Assembly: GCA_016193335.1 (NCBI GenBank)
Contig: JACPSK010000005.1
Location: forward strand, 13,308 to 77,307
Source: Candidatus Magasanikiibacteriota bacterium
Lineage (GTDB): Bacteria > Patescibacteriota > Patescibacteriia > Magasanikbacterales > UBA922
Direction: 5' to 3'
Length of the DNA: 64,000 nt
Both the position numbers and the translations under genes were made by a program. Below, in pieces: positions 8,526 to 16,344 of this stretch. How positions within the stretch are numbered: the first letter of the stretch is position 1; every line of letters starts with the position of its first letter. The notes below the pieces were generated by a model. That model had not been told where the DNA came from, made no database searches, and saw only the letters and a list, made by a program, of their open reading frames with translations.

Positions 8526-10097
8526 ATGAGTATGAACAATAACAAATTCTTTTTATACGCCCGCAAGTCCACCGATGTTGAGGACAAGCAGGTTTTATCT
8601 ATTGAAGCGCAGATCACAGAATTGCGCGCCTTTGCCAAGCAAGAGGGTTTGCATATCGCCGAAGAATTTATTGAAAAACAATCCGCCAAAATTATCGGTC
8701 GTCCGATATTCAACAAAATGATTGAGCGTATTGAACGAGGCGAAGCAAACGCTATTCTTGCTTGGCATCCGGACAGATTGGCGCGCAATTCTGTGGACGG
8801 TGGAAAAATTATCTACCTGCTTGACGGTGGCGGACTTGCGGATCTCAAATTTCCACAATTTTGGTGTGAAAATACCTCGCAAGGAAAGTTCATGCTCAAT
8901 GTCGCCTTTGGGCAAAGCAAATATTATGTGGATTCGCTTGCCGAGAATACTAAACGAGGATTGCGCCAAAAAGTGAGGCGCGGAGAATATCCCTGTCTTG
9001 CGCCAATCGGATATATCAACGATGTGCGGACGAAAACGGTAATCGTGGACAAAAAGCGCGCCTCATTTATTCGCAAGGCGTTTGAGATGTATGCGAAAAA
9101 CAGTTCACGATTAGAAGACATCTCAAATTTTTTGGCGCAATCCGGCATCCATTCTCGAAACGGCAAGCGACTCCACCGAGACAGAATTACTTTTATCCTT
9201 TCCAATCCGTTCTACTATGGACATTTTCGCTATGGCGGCGAAGTTCACGAGGGCAAGCACCAGCCAGTCGTCTCAAAGAAAATTTTTGACAAGGCGCAGG
9301 AAGTGTTGAAGCAAAGAGGCAGGCCTCACCACAAGCAGAAAAATGAACCGCAACCATTTTGCGGACTGCTTTCCTGCGCCTCATGCGGAATGATGATAAC
9401 TGGCGAATACAAGGTGAAGAAGCAAAAGAACGGCAATATTCACGAGTATGTCTATTACCACTGCACCAAGAAATCAAAACTCAAATGTCCCGAACCTTGT
9501 ATTCGCCAAGAGGAACTGGATCGCCAGTTATCATCTCTATTACAAAAATTTTCTTTGAGACAGGATTGGGCGGAAGAAATGCGCGAGATGTTAGAAAAAG
9601 AAAAATCAGAATCCGCCCAATCCTCAACCGCTTTTGTTCAGGAAGCCGGAGACAAAATCCGTGCCATTCAAACGAAACTCCAGCGACTTCTTGAGGGATA
9701 TTTAGAGCAGGATATTGAGCGCGAAATATACCGAACCGAAAAAGCAAAACTACTTTCCGAAAAGAAGTCGCTGGAAGAACAAATGGCCCGGATTGAACAA
9801 AAGCGGACTGGCTGGCTCGAACCTATGGCGGAATGGATAAAAGAGGCAGAAAATCTGCCTAAAATCGCACAGGAAAGTAACCTTTTTGCGAAAAAGGTTA
9901 CTGCCAAAGAAATCTTTGACTCGAACCTCGTCTTGGCCAACCGCGAGGCGCGCCTGCGCGCGCCGAGCGGAGAGGATTTGTCGGGGGGAAATGCTTGGGC
10001 GGCGCTTTGCGCCGCCAACGAAAAAGTCGGTCAATTTTCTGAAAGTCAGATTCTGGTGGGCAACACAGGAATCGAACCTGTGACCTCTGCAATGTGA
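8526..10097 (+). CDS. large serine recombinase (resolvase + recombinase + zinc-ribbon domains)
   Basis: YARKST catalytic motif, DRLARN, GLLSCASCG..YYHC zinc ribbon, coiled coil. Start reassigned to 8526 or 8532; last 14 codons run antisense into tRNA-Val. Confidence 0.95.
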   Translation: MSMNNNKFFLYARKSTDVEDKQVLSIEAQITELRAFAKQEGLHIAEEFIEKQSAKIIGRPIFNKMIERIERGEANAILAWHPDRLARNSVDGGKIIYLLDGGGLADLKFPQFWCENTSQGKFMLNVAFGQSKYYVDSLAENTKRGLRQKVRRGEYPCLAPIGYINDVRTKTVIVDKKRASFIRKAFEMYAKNSSRLEDISNFLAQSGIHSRNGKRLHRDRITFILSNPFYYGHFRYGGEVHEGKHQPVVSKKIFDKAQEVLKQRGRPHHKQKNEPQPFCGLLSCASCGMMITGEYKVKKQKNGNIHEYVYYHCTKKSKLKCPEPCIRQEELDRQLSSLLQKFSLRQDWAEEMREMLEKEKSESAQSSTAFVQEAGDKIRAIQTKLQRLLEGYLEQDIEREIYRTEKAKLLSEKKSLEEQMARIEQKRTGWLEPMAEWIKEAENLPKIAQESNLFAKKVTAKEIFDSNLVLANREARLRAPSGEDLSGGNAWAALCAANEKVGQFSESQILVGNTGIEPVTSAM

Positions 10098-10130
10098 ATG
10101 CAGCGCTCTAACCAGCTGAGCTAGTTGCCC
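10054..10130 (-). tRNA. tRNA-Val(CAC)
   Basis: GGGCAACTAGCTCAG...CTGCA-TTCACAT-TGCAG...TTCGATT...GCCCACCA. Confidence 0.93.
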
Positions 10131-10223
10131 ATTTACCAATCAGAAGTTTCTGAATTTTTCTGTTTACATCCCTCGCTTTTTGATAGGCGATAAGTTTTTC
10201 AAAATCAAACATAGTTTCAAAAT

Positions 10224-10294
10224 ACTAGGCTCTAGAATCTAGTTACTAGACTCTAGACTCTAGTAACTAGATTCTAGTCCCGCCTTCGGCGGGC
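10224..10294. repeat. 7-bp CTAG-containing tandem repeats plus CCCGCCTTCGGCGGG hairpin downstream of tRNA-Pro
   Basis: ACTAGGC TCTAGAA TCTAGTT ACTAGAC TCTAGAC TCTAGTA...; shorter version at 2973-3018. Confidence 0.75.
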
Positions 10295-10371
10295 TGGTCG
10301 GGCTAGGCAGACTCGAACTGCCGACCTCGTCGTCCCGAACGACGCGCGCTAGCCAACTGCGCTATAGCCCG
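10295..10371 (-). tRNA. tRNA-Pro(CGG)
   Basis: Same body as 3019-3095 with anticodon arm CGTCG-TTCGGGA-CGACG; promoter TTGCAA-17-TAGTAT upstream. Confidence 0.93.
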
Positions 10372-10446
10372 ATTTGCGAGATGATACTACAGAATTTTAC
10401 ACTCTTTTGCAAGAGAAAACAAAAAACCCCTTTTAAAGGGTCTTTT

Positions 10447-10590
10447 ATGATCCCACCATTGGGTAACAATATCGTACATCCCTATGTACTAGGTGGGTCA
10501 CCGCAATCTCGGCCCGCGAGCCGAAACAATATTGGCGTCCCTATGTTACGATATGTAGAATGAGATATGTCACCCTACAGCAAGGATCAT
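10447..10590 (-). ncRNA. candidate stand-alone structured RNA (~145 nt)
   Basis: TTGACA-17-TATACT promoter (10624-10596), ends pair (ATGATCC/GGATCAT), nested helices, terminator at 10422-10446, no usable ORF. Confidence 0.55.
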
Positions 10591-10761
10591 GAGGAAGTAT
10601 AGAAACACTTGCAGATATTGTCAACGAAAAGTTAAGAACATTTTATCCACTTTTTTTCCAGATCCTCTGATTACTTAGCAATGAAAGAGAAATAATCAAA
10701 GGGAGTGAGAGATGCGAGAGGGGGAATTTTGGCTTCTCTCTATGGGGGGGGTTCAGGAGGC

Positions 10762-10977
10762 TCAGTCGTCCAGACCGTAGCGGTCGAGCATGGCCTGCTC
10801 GATCTGCCGCCGCATGGCGGGGGGCATGCGGCCCAGGCCATCGCCGATGCGCAGGTCGCGAACGACCAGAAGAGCATCCGCATGGCGGCGGCGCACCACA
10901 CGCGCGGCGGGCATGCCCGTGCCCTCCGGAAGCGTGGTGTCGGTGCTGAGGCCATCGCTCTTGCTGTCTGCAGTCAT
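10762..10977 (-). CDS. GC-rich orphan small protein (71 aa)
   Basis: ATG preceded by AAGGA; GC-rich block matches ORF limits. Confidence 0.45.
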   Translation of the reverse strand: MTADSKSDGLSTDTTLPEGTGMPAARVVRRRHADALLVVRDLRIGDGLGRMPPAMRRQIEQAMLDRYGLDD

Positions 10978-11215
10978 GTTTGTCCTTGTTGCTACCCTGT
11001 AATCAGAGGAAGCGCTGCCCCCAGGGTTGAGGCGAGCCACACATACAGCTCTTGGTGTCCATGTGGCTCGCCTCAAATATTCCATGATTTCGCATCTCTT
11101 AAAATTGAGAAAGAACGGGTGTAATCCCCTCTCCGCGATCCTCCAAAGCGCGCGGGCAAAGGACTATAATAAAAATCACCCCGTTTGTCCGGGGTGATAT
11201 ACGTTTTTTTGGCTC

Positions 11216-11374
11216 TTAGCAGTTCCCGCCGCAGGTTCCCCCGCAGCATTCATCTTCTTCTCCGCCAACGCATAGCACCCCTTTTTTGAGTACACATAGA
11301 TTTGCCCACGCAAAAATAGCGACTAGGTCGTTCTTAATTACTGAGCTGCGGTACATGCGATTTAAACTCTTCAT
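11216..11374 (-). CDS. 52 aa Cys-rich peptide (not in ORF track)
   Basis: MKSLNRMYRSSVIKNDLVAIFAWANLCVLKKGVLCVGGEEDECCGGTCGGNC; TTGACC-17-TATAGT promoter upstream, hairpin terminator ~11171-11190. Confidence 0.5.
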   Translation of the reverse strand: MKSLNRMYRSSVIKNDLVAIFAWANLCVLKKGVLCVGGEEDECCGGTCGGNC

Positions 11375-11531
11375 ATATGTTTACATTGAAATAACTATAA
11401 AACAATTCTTAAAAGGGGTCAACCACACCTTATCCACAGTCAATACCGCATAAATCAATTACTCGCAGAGATCAAAAAACCCGGCCGAGCCGGGTTTCAT
11501 AGTACTTGTTTAGCTTAGTTTAAGCTCACAG

Positions 11532-12011
11532 TCAAGCTCGCTCATCTTCCATGTATACATGCAGATATTCGGTTTTGTTGTAATCAAAGATCTCATTTTC
11601 CCCAAAAAAACGCTTTACTTCCGCTTTGGCGGTTTCCACAGAATCCGAGCAATGTACCACATTGCACATGCCCATGGCCAAGTCTCCCCGAATAGTTCCA
11701 CCGTCGGCCTGCCCCGCGTGAGTAACCCCGGAAATAAGACGGACAGCTCCCACGGCTCCTTTGCCTTCGAGACAAACTGCCACTACCGGGCTTGATTTCA
11801 TAAATGATTCCAAGCCCGGGTAAAACGGTTTTTCCACATGATGGGCGTAATGTTCGCGGAGTTTTTGTTCATCCAAATACATCATTTTTAAACCTGCCAC
11901 CTTCAAACCCTTGAGTTCAAAACGTTTTAGGACTTCACCAAGCAAACCACGCTGGACCCCGTCCGGTTTGATGATCACAACAGTCTTTTCATTGATTCCC
12001 TCAAATTTCAT
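11532..12011 (-). CDS. ndk: nucleoside-diphosphate kinase
   Basis: IIKPDGVQRGL.GE, GTIRGD, NVVHCSDS; start reassigned to 12011. Confidence 0.95.
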   Translation of the reverse strand: MKFEGINEKTVVIIKPDGVQRGLLGEVLKRFELKGLKVAGLKMMYLDEQKLREHYAHHVEKPFYPGLESFMKSSPVVAVCLEGKGAVGAVRLISGVTHAGQADGGTIRGDLAMGMCNVVHCSDSVETAKAEVKRFFGENEIFDYNKTEYLHVYMEDERA

Positions 12012-12169
12012 ATAAGATACGTATATAGTATTGGCACAGAGTATAGCTAAAAACAGAAAATATGTCAACTTGATCTAATTTTGTCTATTTTTTCTAAAAA
12101 TTGTCCTAAACTTGAATCTTTTGAATCCGTATGTTTAAATGGCCAAGGACTCAAACTTGGAGGAATACT

Positions 12170-12457
12170 TTGAGTACTGCATACCCGACCGACAACCGTG
12201 AACGCCTGCTCCACCGCAGGCGAGCCAAGAGGGCCAACCGGGCATCCCGCCCCCATGGGCCGGACAAGTTCTGGCTGAGCCTGACTGGAACGACAAGAAG
12301 TCCCACGACTTCGCTTCCAGCGCCTCCCGCGGTGCCCCAATCCAGGGGACCCTGGGCTTGTTCTTGCGGCTACCAGAACCCTACTTGGGCAGACAAATGT
12401 GAGAGGTCCTGGTGCAATGGACGCGCCCCTTGGAACCATGGCTACGGAGCCTACTAG
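12170..12457 (+). CDS. small protein with RanBP2-like zinc finger
   Basis: GGAGG then TTG start; WACSCGYQNPTWADKCERSWC motif. Confidence 0.5.
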   Translation: MSTAYPTDNRERLLHRRRAKRANRASRPHGPDKFWLSLTGTTRSPTTSLPAPPAVPQSRGPWACSCGYQNPTWADKCERSWCNGRAPWNHGYGAY

Positions 12458-12622
12458 ATGGGAGAAAGGACGCGACAGACTGCGGACAAGCGCTGTCCGC
12501 GTTGCGGACACTTGAACTCTCCGAAGGCCGAAGTCTGCCGAGGCAGGGACACGGAGAGCCGGCGACCCTGCAAGTACCGATTTGTAAAGACTGAGGTTCG
12601 TCCGCCAAATTCCGCGGACTAG
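12458..12622 (+). CDS. 54 aa zinc-ribbon protein (not in ORF track)
   Basis: MGERTRQTADKRCPRCGHLNSPKAEVCRGRDTESRRPCKYRF...; ATG directly follows the upstream TAG in frame. Confidence 0.5.
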   Translation: MGERTRQTADKRCPRCGHLNSPKAEVCRGRDTESRRPCKYRFVKTEVRPPNSAD

Positions 12623-12790
12623 AGCCGAAGGACGCTGTTCCGCTGTCCAAACTTCCAAAGGGCAGACAAGCTATCTGAGTTTCGGAAGACAGCGGAACAA
12701 TCTCAGCGAATAAACCCCAATACTTTAGCATTGAGCCGAACTCGCGGGAACAAAAATAAAAAAAATCATGAACAAGGCATGATTTTTTTA

Positions 12791-14980
12791 TTAGAGTTCA
12801 TCTATACTCTTCAAAAAAGTCCTCTTCGGATTGCGGGAAACAAAAGGCTCGTCTTCCGGCAGATATTCTATATCATCCACCGGATCGCTGGGATCGGAAA
12901 ACACAGAACCGGTATAAGCCAGAGCTCCCGGAACAAAAATGTGTTCATCAAATAAATCTTTACGCAGCTCTTCCAAAAACATGCTCGGCCCTCCGAGCAC
13001 AGAAGAAAAGCCGCTCATCAAAGGATAGCTCACATATAACTGTTTTTTTGCCCTCGTCACCGCCACATACAAAAGTCGTCGCTCCTCCTCAAGACCTTGA
13101 GCTGATTCAAGGGCTCGTCCATTGGGGAATTGTCCGGAAGAAAGATTCAAGATAAACACCACTTCCCATTCCAAACCTTTGGCTTGATGAATGGTAGACA
13201 AAACAACCTGTTCGTCTTCATAATGGCTCCCCCGCGCCCCTGCTTCTGCGTAGCTTTCTTGCATACTCGCTTCTGCCAAAAATCGAGACAAATCATTTTG
13301 GCGCGAAGCAAACAAAACCAACTGTTCTATATCCTGAATTCTATCTCGGTAATTATCATACTCAGCTTCCAGATAATCCGCGTATTTGGAATGCAGAACC
13401 GCCTGCATCAACCCTGCCGGACTTCCATCGCTTTTGGTGATCTCATCCCAAATTTGCAAAAAATCATTCCATCCGATCTGAGCCCTGGACGGCAAGAGAG
13501 CACCGATATGAGATAGATTCGCCCTCTTGATTCGGGGAACATTCTTTTGGATTTCTTTCTGTTTCTTGAATGGCGATGCAAGATCTTTTTCATCTAATTC
13601 CGTACCAGACAAACTTTCTTCCGCTTTGCCAAGAGCCTCATCATCCAAAATGATCGGTCTCTCTTGATTCTGAACATTTTTTAGTCCTTGTATAATAGCG
13701 CCGGCGCTTGCGGGCCCTATTCCGGTTTGCATGTTGAGAACTCTGCTCCAAGCTATACTGTCGTCAAGATTCGCGAAAATTCTCAAATATGCGAGAACAT
13801 CTTTTATGTGAGAACGTTCAAAAAAACGCAGGCCTCCTCGATAATCATAAAGAATATCCCGCTTGGTGAGTTCCACTTCCAAAGCCTGTGAATGAAAAGC
13901 CGCCCGAAACAAAACAGCCATTCCATTCAATGGTACCCCTTCTTCTCTAAGCTCCAAGATTCGTTCGGCAATATATTCGGCCTCTTCGCTCTGATCCGCG
14001 AAAGCATGAAGCTCGGGTTTCGTAAAACGTTCGACATGAGCCTGCAAGGTCTTTTGATATTGGCGTTCATTATGGACAATGACTTCATTCGCCAGATCCA
14101 GTATGTCGGGAGTTGAACGATAATTTTTTTCCAAACGGAATATTTTGACCTGTTTATACTGATGTTCAAAGTCCAAAATATTCTGTATATCGGCCGCCCG
14201 AAAAGAATAAATGCTTTGCGCGTCATCCCCCACCACCAAAACATTGCCATGAACTGAGGCAAAAAGTCTGATTATTGAAGCCTGAATTTTGTTGGTGTCC
14301 TGATATTCATCAACTAAAATATACTTGAATTGAGCGGCGTACCTGTTCCTCAGACTCTCCGACCGGATCAAGAGCAGATACAAATTGACCAGTAGATCAT
14401 CAAAATCCATAACATTCGCTTCACGTTTCCGTTTGGCGTAATCTTCTGTCACGCGAGTGATCTGGTCGCTAAAATCCAACCACTTGGGATGCTGATCGCT
14501 GAGCACAGATTCAATGGTTTGTTCGGCGTTTCGCGCATAACTGATAATGGAATGAACAACGCGAGGAGAAGGAAAACGACGCTGTGTCCTATCTATCCCC
14601 TCTTGTTTCAAAGAGAGCTTTATCAAATCCAAGCTATCCTCAGAATCCAAAATCGAAAAGTTATGGTCAAGGCCGATAAGCGGGGCAGAGACGCGAAGTA
14701 TTCTATAAGCCACATGATGAAAAGTCCCGGCCCAAGGAAGTCCTTGCTCAGCGCCAAGAAGCAATTTCACGCGTTCGGTCATTTCTTTGGCCGCTTTATT
14801 GGTAAAGGTAAGGAGGAGAATGTTCTTTGGATCAATTCCTTGTTCAATAAGATAAGCGACTCTATAGGTGATAGTTCGCGTTTTGCCGCTCCCGGCTCCG
14901 GCCAATACCAAACAAGGGCCGTCACCCTCTCGTACCACATTCAATTGTTCAGCATTTAATTCATCTTCAAAGTGAATCAT
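12791..14980 (-). CDS. UvrD/PcrA-family ATP-dependent DNA helicase
   Basis: AGAGSGKT, TFTNKAA, VDEYQD, GDDAQSIYSFR, STIHQAKGLE, EERRLLYVAVTRA. Confidence 0.95.
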   Translation of the reverse strand: MIHFEDELNAEQLNVVREGDGPCLVLAGAGSGKTRTITYRVAYLIEQGIDPKNILLLTFTNKAAKEMTERVKLLLGAEQGLPWAGTFHHVAYRILRVSAPLIGLDHNFSILDSEDSLDLIKLSLKQEGIDRTQRRFPSPRVVHSIISYARNAEQTIESVLSDQHPKWLDFSDQITRVTEDYAKRKREANVMDFDDLLVNLYLLLIRSESLRNRYAAQFKYILVDEYQDTNKIQASIIRLFASVHGNVLVVGDDAQSIYSFRAADIQNILDFEHQYKQVKIFRLEKNYRSTPDILDLANEVIVHNERQYQKTLQAHVERFTKPELHAFADQSEEAEYIAERILELREEGVPLNGMAVLFRAAFHSQALEVELTKRDILYDYRGGLRFFERSHIKDVLAYLRIFANLDDSIAWSRVLNMQTGIGPASAGAIIQGLKNVQNQERPIILDDEALGKAEESLSGTELDEKDLASPFKKQKEIQKNVPRIKRANLSHIGALLPSRAQIGWNDFLQIWDEITKSDGSPAGLMQAVLHSKYADYLEAEYDNYRDRIQDIEQLVLFASRQNDLSRFLAEASMQESYAEAGARGSHYEDEQVVLSTIHQAKGLEWEVVFILNLSSGQFPNGRALESAQGLEEERRLLYVAVTRAKKQLYVSYPLMSGFSSVLGGPSMFLEELRKDLFDEHIFVPGALAYTGSVFSDPSDPVDDIEYLPEDEPFVSRNPKRTFLKSIDEL

Positions 14981-15016
14981 AAAAAATTTTAAACAAAAAC
15001 AAATCTGTCAGACAAA

Positions 15017-15122
15017 GCTTTCAGCAAAACTTTTGAGGAGACCGCGGAGCGCGACCTGGCGCGAGCCTGAGCGAAAATTCAGCAGAATTTTACGCGTGCT
15101 CCTCAAAAGTTTTGCTGAAAGC
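15017..15122. repeat. palindromic intergenic element (24 bp perfect arms)
   Basis: GCTTTCAGCAAAACTTTTGAGGAG ... CTCCTCAAAAGTTTTGCTGAAAGC around a GC-rich 58 nt loop. Confidence 0.8.
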
Positions 15123-15166
15123 CCATCTCAGACTCATACATTATGATGTATATACTCTCAAAAAAC

Positions 15167-16072
15167 TTACTCCAATACCAAAACAGCCTTCCTCCCCTCC
15201 GCGACATTTCCTCCATTCCAATCATGCAAAGCTTCCATGAGATCATCCGCCGGAAAACTAAAATTTCTGCCGCGATTCACTCCCGGATCATTGGTAATGA
15301 ATTTTCCGTCACTCGTGTAACCTCTAATGATAAGCGCATGATAATCCGGCCCGTCCCCACTGTACCATTTGTTTGGGAGTTCGGTTCCGTCCGCAACCGC
15401 AAGTATGGGTAAGCCCTTGTCTAAAAATGTTTTTATATCCGAGACACTTGGATTCTCAACAAGTCTGGGTTTCTTATTAATAGTCATGTATGTTTCGAAT
15501 AGAACTCCTATATCCTTAATGGGAATACTGGACCCCCAATTTTGTTCTTCTTCCCAATCTATAATTTTTAAAATCTCATCCTTGGCGAATAAAGGACTCA
15601 AGCCATAGCCTTTATAATACGCTTCAAGCATAAGAATGGCAGCTTCTTCACAAGCATCCTGCCAAGGCTGTTCCCAATTCTTCTCTGGAGCCTGTGATGT
15701 AAAAGGGACATCAAGATTCACGAGCACATGCTTAATGACTCCTTGCAATTCATTATTCACGGAAAATTCTTGTTTGTACCCAAGGGCCTCGGCTTTATCA
15801 GGTTCAACAATTTCATCGGCTTTATCAACTCCAGTGTTAAGGACAACTTCGCGACTAGAATCATCGGCAATTTCGTTTTCTAATTTGTCCAAAGTACTTG
15901 AGGTCTTTATGGCTTCCCCTGGTCTTGGTTGAGAGAGCAAAACGCCGGACAAAAATTTTTCTTCAAAAACATAGCCCGTGCGGACGAAAGAAGGGCGCCA
16001 GAGCCAGACAATGCCCAAAAAAAACATAAAGCCCACAAACAAACAAGACAGATTAAATCTCCAAACGATCAT
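15167..16072 (-). CDS. C39-like peptidase with N-terminal membrane anchor
   Basis: VPFTSQAP, QDACEEA, YHALIIRGY, TNDPG. Confidence 0.8.
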   Translation of the reverse strand: MIVWRFNLSCLFVGFMFFLGIVWLWRPSFVRTGYVFEEKFLSGVLLSQPRPGEAIKTSSTLDKLENEIADDSSREVVLNTGVDKADEIVEPDKAEALGYKQEFSVNNELQGVIKHVLVNLDVPFTSQAPEKNWEQPWQDACEEAAILMLEAYYKGYGLSPLFAKDEILKIIDWEEEQNWGSSIPIKDIGVLFETYMTINKKPRLVENPSVSDIKTFLDKGLPILAVADGTELPNKWYSGDGPDYHALIIRGYTSDGKFITNDPGVNRGRNFSFPADDLMEALHDWNGGNVAEGRKAVLVLE

Positions 16073-16161
16073 ATAAGAATAGTGTAACGATTATTGATAT
16101 ATAAAGCAAAATAAGCTAGAGTAAGATGACTTCTTAAACTAAGGGACAAAGGCTTTACTTT

Positions 16162-16338
16162 AAATTTTTAATTTGTAATTTATAATTTTTAAACAATTTA
16201 CAATTTATAATTTATTCTCTTAATTTCTAATGGTTGAGTCTGCGAAAGTATCTTTCGGATGACAGTATTTTGTTTACATCATTAGAAATTGTATCATTAC
16301 AAATTGTTTAAAAATTAAAAACTAAAAATTGTAAATTT
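16162..16338. repeat. AT-rich palindromic element with 7-bp repeat arms, copy 1
   Basis: AATTTTT AATTTGT AATTTAT arms; core matches the reverse complement of 36860-37020. Confidence 0.75.
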
Positions 16339-16344
16339 AAACCT

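Larger units (their letters stand above)
3190..10058. mobile_element. large-serine-recombinase genomic island integrated at the 3' end of tRNA-Val(CAC)
   Basis: TGGTG core (tRNA CACCA end) at both ends (3190-3194, 10054-10058). Removal restores tRNA-Val - 7 nt - tRNA-Ala and rejoins the recombinase ORF in frame. Defence-type cargo. Confidence 0.85.

Noticed and set aside
2997-10328. 56 bp direct repeat as attL/attR of the island
   Set aside because: Both copies belong to complete tRNA-Pro genes with different anticodons. The CACCA core at tRNA-Val explains the island ends better and restores the recombinase frame.
1451-11438. DnaA boxes TTATCCACA at 1451 and 11430 as oriC
   Set aside because: Isolated single boxes, with no dnaA/dnaN and no switch in gene strand bias
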